Positions 1 through 9,053 of a DNA stretch of 64,000 nucleotides are shown here, in pieces; the first letter of the stretch is position 1; each line of letters begins with the position of its first letter. The notes beneath the pieces were generated by a model. It was given only the letters and a program-made list of their open reading frames with translations, was not told the origin of the DNA and did no database searches. The stretch is from Candidatus Sumerlaea chitinivorans (GTDB lineage Bacteria; Sumerlaeota; Sumerlaeia; Sumerlaeales; Sumerlaeaceae). The DNA is taken from contig CP030759.1 of the NCBI GenBank assembly GCA_003290465.1, positions 1,988,572-2,052,571 on the forward strand, in the 5' to 3' direction. A program made the translations under genes and the position numbers.

Positions 1-1211
1 CACTTGTGCTGGTCCCCACCCGCGAGCTGGCTTTGCAGGTACATACGGAGGCGACTCGACTCGCCGGTGGCGCTGGGATTCGCGCCGTCGCTGTGTACGG
101 TGGAGTTGGATATGGGGCTCAGCTGGATGCTCTCCGTCGGGGTGCGCACATCGTGGTGGGAACGCCGGGACGTCTGCTCGACCACCTGAAGCGGGGCTCG
201 CTTCAGCTCGACGATGTTCGTTACCTGATTCTCGATGAAGCCGATCGCATGCTTTCGATGGGGTTCTACCCTGACATGCGTGAGCTGCGCAAAAGTTTGC
301 CAAGTGAACGCGCCAGCTACATGTTTTCCGCCACTTTCCCCGCGAACGTTCTTCGGCTGGCACGCGAGTTCTTGCGCGACCCCGGTTTCCTGAGCCTAAG
401 TCGCGACGCTGTCTACGTGGCCTCAACCGAACACGTCTACTATGAGGTGCCTGCGCTGGACAAGGATCGAATCCTTATACGTCTTATCGAAATTGAGAAT
501 CCAAGCGCGGCAATCATCTTCTGCAACACCAAGCAGCGCGTGAACTATGTGGCGACTGTTTTGCAGCGATTTGGCTACGACGCCGACCAACTCACCGCGG
601 ATCTTTCGCAGAGCGAGCGCGAGGGGGTCCTTCGACGCCTCCGCGAGGGACGGCTGCGTTTTCTGGTGGCAACAGATTTAGCGGGACGCGGAATTGACAT
701 TAGCCACCTCTCTCACGTCTTTCAGTACGAGGTCCCCGAAGATCCAGAAGCCTACATTCACCGAGCCGGGCGCACAGGGCGCAGCGGAGGAGCAGGCACA
801 GTGATCTCGCTCGTGTCGTATGCCGAGCTGGCAGACTTCAACCGGATCATGCGCCAATACGGTATCCCCGCGGAAAAACGCCCGCTTCCGTCGGAGGAAG
901 ACGTCATGGCCATCGTCGAACAGCGGGTAACCGCGCTCCTCGAAGCAAAGCTTCGGGACCGGGATCCGTTGCAACTTGAACGCATGCGGCGCTTTGTCGG
1001 GCTTGCTCGGCGTCTCGCCGAAGCAGAAGAGGAGCTCGACGTTATCGCAATGCTCATCGACGATTATTACCAAGAGACTTTGCACAAGGTGCCTGTGCCG
1101 GAAGGCGGGGCGGCGCCCAAGGCCTCGGCGCCACGCCAAAAGCAAGGGCCATCCGCTCCAAAATCCGTGCGTCGTCGCCGGCGGAGCAGGGGCGAGGGCC
1201 GAAGCCATTAG
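1..1211 (+). CDS. DEAD-box RNA helicase (5' end truncated by window)
   Basis: Motifs PTRELA, GG, TPGR, DEAD, SAT, and HRAGRTGRSG (motif VI); basic C-terminal tail. Confidence 0.95.
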   Translation, partial: LVLVPTRELALQVHTEATRLAGGAGIRAVAVYGGVGYGAQLDALRRGAHIVVGTPGRLLDHLKRGSLQLDDVRYLILDEADRMLSMGFYPDMRELRKSLPSERASYMFSATFPANVLRLAREFLRDPGFLSLSRDAVYVASTEHVYYEVPALDKDRILIRLIEIENPSAAIIFCNTKQRVNYVATVLQRFGYDADQLTADLSQSEREGVLRRLREGRLRFLVATDLAGRGIDISHLSHVFQYEVPEDPEAYIHRAGRTGRSGGAGTVISLVSYAELADFNRIMRQYGIPAEKRPLPSEEDVMAIVEQRVTALLEAKLRDRDPLQLERMRRFVGLARRLAEAEEELDVIAMLIDDYYQETLHKVPVPEGGAAPKASAPRQKQGPSAPKSVRRRRRSRGEGRSH

Positions 1212-1280
1212 CCGGAATCTCCGGGACTTGTAGCGCAATCGTATCAAGAACGACAGAATCCTGAGAACGAAAGGAATCGA

Positions 1281-2204
1281 GTGATGCAAGACGTACGCAA
1301 ACGGCCACTGGGTACAACGGGTCTTCACGTCTCGGAAATCGGTTTCGGCGCGCTGGAGATCGGGAGGGATTGGGCCGGCGACGTGGATCCTAATCCGAAA
1401 CACCTCACGGAGAGCGAGGCGGCCCGGCTTCTGAATCAAGTCCTCGACGCGGGAATCAACTTCATCGATACTGCACCTGCGTATTGGCATTCCGAGGAAT
1501 TCATCGGGAGAGCAATTGCGCACCGGCGCCAGGAGTACATTCTTGCGACCAAGGTCGGCGAACACTGCGACGAGCGCGGGTCCGTGTACGACTATTCACG
1601 CGAGGCGACGCAGCGTTTCATTGAGCAGAGCTTGCGGCGCTTACGCACGGACACTATCGACCTAATTCAGATTCACTCGGCATCGCTGGAAGTACTCGAG
1701 CGGGGTGAGACGTGGGAAGCTCTGGACGAAGCCCGACGAGCTGGCAAAGTGCGGCACATCGGAATGACGGGTGGCGTGCGTGAGGCGGTGCGCGCCATTG
1801 AGCTGGGTGGCTATGAAACCGTGCAGGTGCCCTACAATCTGCTCGCCCTCGAAGCAGAGGAAAAACTTCTCCCCTTAGCTCGTGAGCGAGGGATCGGCGT
1901 GATCATCATGCGTGGCTTGGCAGGCGGCAAACTCTCCCCCAAATTCGAGAATCTCCAAAATGAGAAGCTTCGCGAAGCCGTGCGTGGTTTTCTCCAGTTC
2001 GTGGGTCCGGACGGCGCCCGCGACTTAGTTCACCTCGCGATCGGGTATGTGTTGGGCGCTCCTGAGGTTTCGACCGTGATTGTCGGATCTCGGAAATTTG
2101 AGCACGTACAAACCAATCTGACGGCGGCAAGAGACTCCCTGCCAGCAGAGCTACGCGAAAAGGTGCGAAGCTACGCTCGTTCCTTTGCGGTCCGAGCGTG
2201 GTGA
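1281..2204 (+). CDS. Aldo/keto reductase
   Basis: LGTTGLHVSEIGFG, GINFIDTAPAY, ATK, SLRRLRTDTIDLIQIH, GKVRHIG, QVPYNLL. Confidence 0.92.
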   Translation: MMQDVRKRPLGTTGLHVSEIGFGALEIGRDWAGDVDPNPKHLTESEAARLLNQVLDAGINFIDTAPAYWHSEEFIGRAIAHRRQEYILATKVGEHCDERGSVYDYSREATQRFIEQSLRRLRTDTIDLIQIHSASLEVLERGETWEALDEARRAGKVRHIGMTGGVREAVRAIELGGYETVQVPYNLLALEAEEKLLPLARERGIGVIIMRGLAGGKLSPKFENLQNEKLREAVRGFLQFVGPDGARDLVHLAIGYVLGAPEVSTVIVGSRKFEHVQTNLTAARDSLPAELREKVRSYARSFAVRAW

Positions 2205-2301
2205 GATGCACGACTGCGCACGGCCCATCACGCTCCCCTCCACGCCGTCTTCGCAGCCATCAGCTACGCAACACGGACGGTTTCTGCCCTTTCGCCGCGT
2301 T

Positions 2302-2820
2302 CTAATCGTCGGATTTGGCGTCGTCAGGTGACGGAGAAGCGGACTCCTCTTCTTTGGAAAACTCGCGCAGAATCCGTTCCACGAGTTCGGGTATGGCCTG
2401 CGCAACGCGCGTACTCAGGGCAACCCCATGACGGAAGTCATGTCCCTCCACTCCATAAATCGTGAGTTTCTGCGGGAGGCGACCAAGCACACGTCCTAAT
2501 GCCACCGCTTCCGCGACCCCCCACCCATGGGTTGAACAGCAAAAGATGTCGCGCGGGAGTTCCTCTGCGATGGCGTCGAAACGGTAGATGGTGCCGACGG
2601 GAGCAAATTGACTAAGGATAGCATCCACAAGCACAACGTGGGTGGCGCCGCTCCACGCGTCGAGGAGATCGGTCGTCTCGCCACGAACACGCATCAGGTG
2701 AACATGCGGGGGCAGGCGGTTTGTAAGGGCGTCAGCAACGGCCCACCCCACCCCATCGTCTCCGCGCTGCGGATTCCCCACACAGATAATAAGATCGGGC
2801 ACCGACGCTTTGGTCACCAT
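2302..2820 (-). CDS. Hydrogenase maturation protease (HycI/HyaD family)
   Basis: GNPQRGDDGVG, VDA and STHG motifs. Confidence 0.88.
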   Translation of the reverse strand: MVTKASVPDLIICVGNPQRGDDGVGWAVADALTNRLPPHVHLMRVRGETTDLLDAWSGATHVVLVDAILSQFAPVGTIYRFDAIAEELPRDIFCCSTHGWGVAEAVALGRVLGRLPQKLTIYGVEGHDFRHGVALSTRVAQAIPELVERILREFSKEEESASPSPDDAKSDD

Positions 2821-3026
2821 GCGTTAAGTGTGAAAGATCGCAAAATTCCCGACAAGACGAAAATTACGCTGCAGCAGTGGGGGGAAGCTGATAGCCGCAG
2901 CAACAATCCTTCACTGGACTATGAGACGACGAAAGTTTAACAGCACTTGCCGCAGACCTTGAGGCGTGCGAGCACTTGAGCTCGGGGTTCCTTTTCTTGC
3001 AGGCTGCCCCCTCGTCGGCTCAGGTG

Positions 3027-3716
3027 CTACTCTTGCTTCAAGAAGCGGCCGATGAAAACGTGGTGGTCGTCCTTTTTCTTCAGGGAGCCGTAGACGCCGA
3101 AGCCATCCACCAGCAGGCGTTTGCCATCGATTCGCTCACGCTGATGTTCTACGCCATCTGGGATTTGCGAGACAAAGAAGACGGAACCATCGTTATAGTG
3201 GCCAATTTGCTTGAACGTTTCGCCAGTGGGCTGGACCACCGTACAAATGATTTGCTTACCATCCACCTTGTAGGTTGCAGTGACTTTAGTGACCCACATC
3301 TTCGAGATCAGATCGCCACTGAGCATTTCCATTTTGAGCGTGCCGTCTGCTTGAAGTGTGTAGGTGATGCGCACTTTATTGCGCTGCTCGAGTCGCCCGT
3401 CGGTGGTGTAAACCCAGAAATCTCCCTGCCATGTTCCCACATAACGGTCGAGAAGATCCTTTGGGGGCGTTTCCCAATCGAGGGCGGCCTTCAGCTTTTT
3501 CACCTTCTCGGGATCAGGTGTCGGTTGAGCTTCGCCGGAGGGCTTTTCGGTTTTACCAGCTTGAGAATCCTTCGCACTTTTGTCAGCCGATTGCGCTGTG
3601 GCCGCAGCTTCGTCTTTGCCTAAGCCGAGTAGGTTCTTCACCCATCCGGCGGAGGCGGGTGCAGTCAGCCCCCACATGGTAAATGCGAACAGAAAAGCGA
3701 TCATGTACCGTTTCAT
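3027..3716 (-). CDS. Hypothetical secreted protein
   Basis: Start taken at MKRYMIAFLF...PASA (Sec signal peptide), followed by a low-complexity linker and a beta-rich domain. Confidence 0.75.
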   Translation of the reverse strand: MKRYMIAFLFAFTMWGLTAPASAGWVKNLLGLGKDEAAATAQSADKSAKDSQAGKTEKPSGEAQPTPDPEKVKKLKAALDWETPPKDLLDRYVGTWQGDFWVYTTDGRLEQRNKVRITYTLQADGTLKMEMLSGDLISKMWVTKVTATYKVDGKQIICTVVQPTGETFKQIGHYNDGSVFFVSQIPDGVEHQRERIDGKRLLVDGFGVYGSLKKKDDHHVFIGRFLKQE

Positions 3717-3831
3717 TCTTGTATATCCTTTGCGTCGTCGTGGTAAATAGTTTACGATGGGTTGGCGCCGTATTCGGAAGCGCTGGCGCACCACCAACGT
3801 CAATACTTTTTGCGAAAGAAAGCACAGCCGA

Positions 3832-4779
3832 GTGGTTACAGAAATTCGCCCCGAAGTCGAAAAACTGCAACGCAACATCGAACAAGTCATCAAAGGTAAG
3901 AGCGCCACGATCAAGAACCTTTTGATTGGGTTTCTCGCGGAGGGCCACGTGTTGCTGGAAGACGTGCCGGGAGTGGGGAAGACGACGCTGGCACAACTAC
4001 TGGCACGTTCGCTCAACTTGAGCTTCTCGCGGATTCAATTTACGAGTGACCTCCTGCCGTCGGACATCCTTGGGGTTACAATTTTCGATCAAACTCGGCA
4101 CGAATTTGAGTTCAAGCCCGGCCCCATCTTTGCCAATATCGTGCTTGCGGACGAAATCAATCGCACATCGCCCAAGACCCAATCCGCATTACTTGAGGCC
4201 ATGAACAGCGCTCAAGTGTCGGTGGACAAACACACCTACGAGCTGCCGCAACCTTTCATGGTGATCGCCACCCAGAACCCCATAGAATTCCATGGAACGT
4301 TCCCCCTTCCGAAATCACAAATGGACCGTTTCCTCATGCGCCTTGAGGTGGGATATCCGGACATTGAGGACGAAGTTCGAATCTTGCGCGAACAACGGGA
4401 GGTGGGTAACCTTGAGCACGTACGTCCGGTGATGAGCGCGGCTGAAGTAAGAGAACTCCAGCGACGGGTACGCGACGTGCGGATTGATGACGCCTTGCTC
4501 GAGTATCTTGCGCTCATCGTTGCAGCCACACGTTCGTCGCAGGCGATTCTTCTCGGAGCAAGCACCCGCGCGGCGTTGGCTCTGCGACGGGCTGCGCAAG
4601 CCAAAGCTTTCTATGAAGGCCGCGACTACTGCATCCCGGACGACATCAAAGCCATGGTTGTGCCCGTGCTTGCTCACCGCATCCAAGCCGCCCGCACCTA
4701 CGAAACCAACGGCACTACCGCCCGCGATGAAGAAATCGCCCTCCGCCGCATCCTCGAAGAAATCCCCGTACCGGTGTGA
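3832..4779 (+). CDS. MoxR-family AAA+ ATPase
   Basis: HVLLEDVPGVGKT, RIQFTSDLLPSD, LADEINRTSPKTQSALLEAM, ATQNP; GTG start at 3832 is an estimate. Confidence 0.93.
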   Translation: MVTEIRPEVEKLQRNIEQVIKGKSATIKNLLIGFLAEGHVLLEDVPGVGKTTLAQLLARSLNLSFSRIQFTSDLLPSDILGVTIFDQTRHEFEFKPGPIFANIVLADEINRTSPKTQSALLEAMNSAQVSVDKHTYELPQPFMVIATQNPIEFHGTFPLPKSQMDRFLMRLEVGYPDIEDEVRILREQREVGNLEHVRPVMSAAEVRELQRRVRDVRIDDALLEYLALIVAATRSSQAILLGASTRAALALRRAAQAKAFYEGRDYCIPDDIKAMVVPVLAHRIQAARTYETNGTTARDEEIALRRILEEIPVPV

Positions 4780-4882
4780 TTTCACTTCAGCAACAAACTA
4801 AACGACAGGGGGAGTCACGGAACATGGGAAGCGTGGGCTCTGAAGCGTTCGATAAAGATTGCCAAAGTTGGTTCGCACAGGG

Positions 4883-6613
4883 CTAACGCGATTCGGCTGT
4901 ACCCTTATGAGCCTGCCGAGCAGCTTCCAGCCAGCCATGAAGAACACCCTTTGCAATTTGGGGCTCCTTACGCAGGGATTCCGAGAATTGCGCTAACACC
5001 TGCTCAAGCGGCAAAGGAAGCTCATTATCCACCCCAAAGACAACTCCCACCTCGTGCGGCGAGGAGGCAAGTCGGATAAGCGCGCCGCGCAGGGGCGAGG
5101 TCTTGTGTATCGCAAGCAATTGATCGAGGAAGGGGCGGATACTTGTAGAAAAATGCTTTTCCGCCTCGGCTGGGGGATTCCCAGCAAGAATCGCCACCGA
5201 CTTTGCAAGAATCAGACGCCCCCTCTCTCCTTGATCCCACCGTGGAACCACACGGGGTGCTTGGCTGACCGGATAGCAGCGGGCCTTGCATCCCAAGGCC
5301 TCAAGGAAAAGCCGCTCGTGCCACGCAGCAACGACGGTATCGCCCTCGCGGATCCAAGCCCGCATCGCTTCCACCCCTAATCCACAAGCACTCGGCTCAC
5401 TGATCCGCGCTCTGCGCATCGTCACTACATTGGCACTCCCCACCGCGAGAATCATGCCGATGAGAAGACACGCGAGAAGCTGTTTCCATCGAGGCGGCAA
5501 ATGCTCCACGAATCGGCACGAAAGGACAAGGTACGCTGGAAATGCGAGCAGGTGGTAATACGGTCGGTGCGACCAAGCGAAAATAAAGCCTTCAAAGATC
5601 AACAGCCAGACAATCAACCACATGTTCTCGACACGTCGCTCCTTCTCTCGAAGCAAACCAGCGACGACAACGATTCCCCACGCCAACATCCCCCATCCCA
5701 GCCCGACGGAGTAAGGACTAAACGGACCTCCGCCATAGAACTCCCACGGGTATGGATTGTGAAACATAATTCCCAGCGAGCGCGTCCAGCGGATGAGACC
5801 CTCAATGGAGACGTTTGCACTGGGCCCCCATCCTTGCCCTTGGTAATGCGCGTACTTCGTCACCCACACCCCGAATGGCAAGTCCTGCCCCACGGACCGA
5901 TGAGCCAACACATAGAACAAAGCCACGACTGCGGCGCTTGCAGCAAGAAGCGCGAAGGGCACCAGTAAGCTACGTAGCGCTCGGCTTCTAAAATTGACGC
6001 TGATCCCCATAACCAGAAAAGGGATCGCGGCCAGCACGGCACTTTGGTGAAAGCAGACCGCCATGGCGTAGCTTATCACAAAAGCGATGCTTGCCAAGAT
6101 AAACCCAGCGGGTTGAGAGGCTTGTGGTGAGCGGTTTTTATCTGCCGCATCGGAAACCACTTTCTGCAATATCGCAGCGGCAAAACAGAGGGTTCCAACC
6201 GCCGGAACAGCAGATTCGATCAACGTGCTATATTGGAGCCACGTTGAACTCAAACCGATTGCCAGCAAGGCAAATATCCGCTGGTAAATAGAGAGCTTTT
6301 GGGAGGTCAGGAAAAGCCATACGCCCGCCAAGGCACTGAAAGAGAGTATCAGCATTGCACGCCGATACGTTGGAACGGTTTCCCCTCCGAGACCCAGCAA
6401 TTCCTGGAGCTGCGCGAGACCTCGAAGTACGGCTGCGAACAACAGATGATGGGGGTGGTAGAGGTCCACTTTCGTCACAGCTGCGTGCAGGTAAATCGCA
6501 CTGTCGGGCGACAAGCGGATCGGCGAGACAAACGCGACGGTGGCACAAATGACGACAAGCGCGACTATTTCCAGGGCGTGGGTCTCCAAACAGCCGAGTA
6601 CTTTTTTCAGCAT
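4883..6613 (-). CDS. Polytopic membrane protein, GT-C/ArnT-like glycosyltransferase candidate
   Basis: About 10 hydrophobic segments; first loop DSAIY...HPHHLL resembles GT-C-type proteins; soluble C-terminal domain. Confidence 0.6.
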   Translation of the reverse strand: MLKKVLGCLETHALEIVALVVICATVAFVSPIRLSPDSAIYLHAAVTKVDLYHPHHLLFAAVLRGLAQLQELLGLGGETVPTYRRAMLILSFSALAGVWLFLTSQKLSIYQRIFALLAIGLSSTWLQYSTLIESAVPAVGTLCFAAAILQKVVSDAADKNRSPQASQPAGFILASIAFVISYAMAVCFHQSAVLAAIPFLVMGISVNFRSRALRSLLVPFALLAASAAVVALFYVLAHRSVGQDLPFGVWVTKYAHYQGQGWGPSANVSIEGLIRWTRSLGIMFHNPYPWEFYGGGPFSPYSVGLGWGMLAWGIVVVAGLLREKERRVENMWLIVWLLIFEGFIFAWSHRPYYHLLAFPAYLVLSCRFVEHLPPRWKQLLACLLIGMILAVGSANVVTMRRARISEPSACGLGVEAMRAWIREGDTVVAAWHERLFLEALGCKARCYPVSQAPRVVPRWDQGERGRLILAKSVAILAGNPPAEAEKHFSTSIRPFLDQLLAIHKTSPLRGALIRLASSPHEVGVVFGVDNELPLPLEQVLAQFSESLRKEPQIAKGVLHGWLEAARQAHKGTAESR

Positions 6614-6965
6614 GCCTTCCAGTACGTGGCAGGAATTCAGGACTTATTCAAAGCTTTTGTGAATCGATATGCAGAACGGAGGCACCTCGGCTCCAGACGC
6701 AGCCGACGCGGCGTTGGCATAGTCATTGGATTACCATTCAGAAATCAATCTGCCGTCAGGGGTAGGGAATCCCCAAAGTTGGTTTTATATCCAAAACGCT
6801 GCTCAAGGGGGAATCGTCAAACGGATCTTCTATACCACGCAGCACACCTGCCGAGCATACAGTGATCCACGCTATGCTGCAGTGCCTGATGACACCCGTT
6901 TTAACCCTCTACTCAGACGTTTCTCCTTGAGTTTTATTGCTGCGAAAATGAAGAGGCAAGAGTGC

Positions 6966-8702
6966 CTAACCGTCAGCCCGCGCAGGCAAAGGGGAAACGG
7001 GTTTCAACGGTGCTTCCCGAACTCGATCGGCGGCCAGACCTCCTTCATTCTTCGCTGAGGCAGCGCGTTTACCCAACCCAAGAACTTTGTGCTTCAGGTG
7101 GCGCAGTTTTTCGGAGAGCCAGAGGAATTGTCGGAAGCCACGACGCGCTTTGATGAACGTCAGTTCCTGCTCGAGCGCTCGAACGCGGTCCGCCAACCGA
7201 TGAACCTCCTGGAGATGGGTCTGGTTCAGGGCCTTCAGATCGCCAATCTCACGAGTCCACGCCTTCGCATGCGTGGCAAATGTCTCCAGTAAACTGGGAT
7301 CCCGTCGGAACTCAGGATTGTTCAACAAATACTCCGCATCCCGGTCCGACAGCTCAACCGTCGAAGCAAGGTGGTACAGCACATTCCAGAACCGATACTG
7401 CTGGAAATCTACCGTTCGCGGCAGACCTCGCTCCTCGCGCATCCGGGAGATTGCGATGTTCGGATAGAAGTTCAGTGCGCCCAACTGCAGGCCGTACGGC
7501 CGTGGGATCGCGCGCAAAAGATGGAAGGTCTCAATGCGGTCCTCTTCCGTCTCAAAGGGATTGTTGGAAATAATGTCATAAAAGGCGCGGATCCCGCTCT
7601 TGTGAATGTTGCGCGTCGCCTCCAACACCGTCTTGTTCGAAACCCGTCGGTCGAAAATCTCATCCGCAATCCGGTCGCTCCCCGACTGGATACCCATGAT
7701 CACGAACTGCACGTTGTTTTGCTTGAGAATCTCGAGCATCTCCGGACGTGCGTAATTCGGGTGCGTATAGCACCAGAAGGGCATCCCAATCCGCTCCCGG
7801 TAATGCTCAAAAAACTCCTTCATCCGCTCCGGACGAACTGTGAAAATATCGTCCTCAATCTCCAAAAAGAAGTGTCCCATCCGCGCCTTTGCTTCCTCTA
7901 ACTCTCGCATCACGTGCGGTATCGAGCGAAAGCGCAGGCGCGTCGTGTCTGGCATCACTTCCTTTTGGAAGGACAACATGCAGAAGGTGCAGACGTACGG
8001 GCAGCCGCGAGTCGTCATAATCTTGAAGCAGGTGTTCAACTCGCTACTTGGGAACGGGCGACCTTCCACCAACTCATCATCCTCAAGATAATACGCCCCA
8101 TCGCTCCCAAAATAGGTAAATGGCAACGTATCCAAGTCCTTGATCACCGGACTCACCGGTTGACGATGAATGCTCCCGTTCTCCCGCCACACAATGTTCG
8201 GAACCTGCCGCCAGTCCTTCCCGTGGTGAAGTGCATGCGCTAACTCCACCATCGGAACGTCGCACTCCCCTACAAACGCCATGTCGCAATGCTCCGACGA
8301 GGATACTGGATCCAGCGTGACGTGCGGCCCACCCCAGCCCACGAGCGCATCCGGAAGAGTCTCCCGAATCAGCCGAGTCACCTCAATCGCACTCGGCACA
8401 AACGCCGAGTAAACGCTCAAACCCACAAACTGCGGACGCAACTTCCTCAGCAGACCTTTGAACAACTCCCGCTCGCAATCCGAGAGCGGATAGGGATAGG
8501 AGAGCACGAGGCGACCGCCATTCGGTGGTAGTTCCGTTTGCCAATCGGGATACCACTCTTCGTCGGGTGCAAGCTCTTTCTTCCGGTATTGCTTCAAGCA
8601 GAGCATCCACGCATCGTGCCCTGCATCACGCAGCTCGGACACCATCTGGCGCACGCCAAGGTTGAACTCGTTGTACAAGCTAATTAAGAGAATGCCAGCC
8701 AT
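6966..8702 (-). CDS. Cobalamin-binding radical SAM protein (copy 1)
   Basis: B12-binding-type N-terminus (VGLS..., GGPHVT), TRGCPYVCTFC CxxxCxxC motif, EDDIF, GIQSGS. Confidence 0.92.
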   Translation of the reverse strand: MAGILLISLYNEFNLGVRQMVSELRDAGHDAWMLCLKQYRKKELAPDEEWYPDWQTELPPNGGRLVLSYPYPLSDCERELFKGLLRKLRPQFVGLSVYSAFVPSAIEVTRLIRETLPDALVGWGGPHVTLDPVSSSEHCDMAFVGECDVPMVELAHALHHGKDWRQVPNIVWRENGSIHRQPVSPVIKDLDTLPFTYFGSDGAYYLEDDELVEGRPFPSSELNTCFKIMTTRGCPYVCTFCMLSFQKEVMPDTTRLRFRSIPHVMRELEEAKARMGHFFLEIEDDIFTVRPERMKEFFEHYRERIGMPFWCYTHPNYARPEMLEILKQNNVQFVIMGIQSGSDRIADEIFDRRVSNKTVLEATRNIHKSGIRAFYDIISNNPFETEEDRIETFHLLRAIPRPYGLQLGALNFYPNIAISRMREERGLPRTVDFQQYRFWNVLYHLASTVELSDRDAEYLLNNPEFRRDPSLLETFATHAKAWTREIGDLKALNQTHLQEVHRLADRVRALEQELTFIKARRGFRQFLWLSEKLRHLKHKVLGLGKRAASAKNEGGLAADRVREAPLKPVSPLPARADG

Positions 8703-9053
8703 CGTCTCTCCCTGCTTTCAGCGACGATAAGATGCGACACTTCGGTTCTTTTCGTTATGAATCTATCCTACGAACACCTTCTTGTTCTACGTAGGCAACG
8801 AGAAAGCGCAAGGGAAAAGCGTACTAATCAAATCCTATTTTCGTCAAAGTTTTGCGCAAGAATGAGCTCTTCTACGCAACTGCTCTTTTTTCAAGCTTTT
8901 GTGTCGGTGGCCTGCGGCCAGCTAACGAACCCACCCACATCATCTTCACGTGTAACTTGAACAGATCTACAACACGGTGCAACGTATCTTATGGGCTTTG
9001 CATATCGGATGCATAAGCATGCAAACGAACGCAGCCAAGGTCATGCAGAACAA

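Noticed and set aside
8703..9053. RiPP precursor or cobalamin riboswitch between the radical SAM genes
   Set aside because: Only a 25-aa ORF without a ribosome-binding site (MTLAAFVC...); no B12-box visible; no peptidase, transporter or RRE genes nearby.
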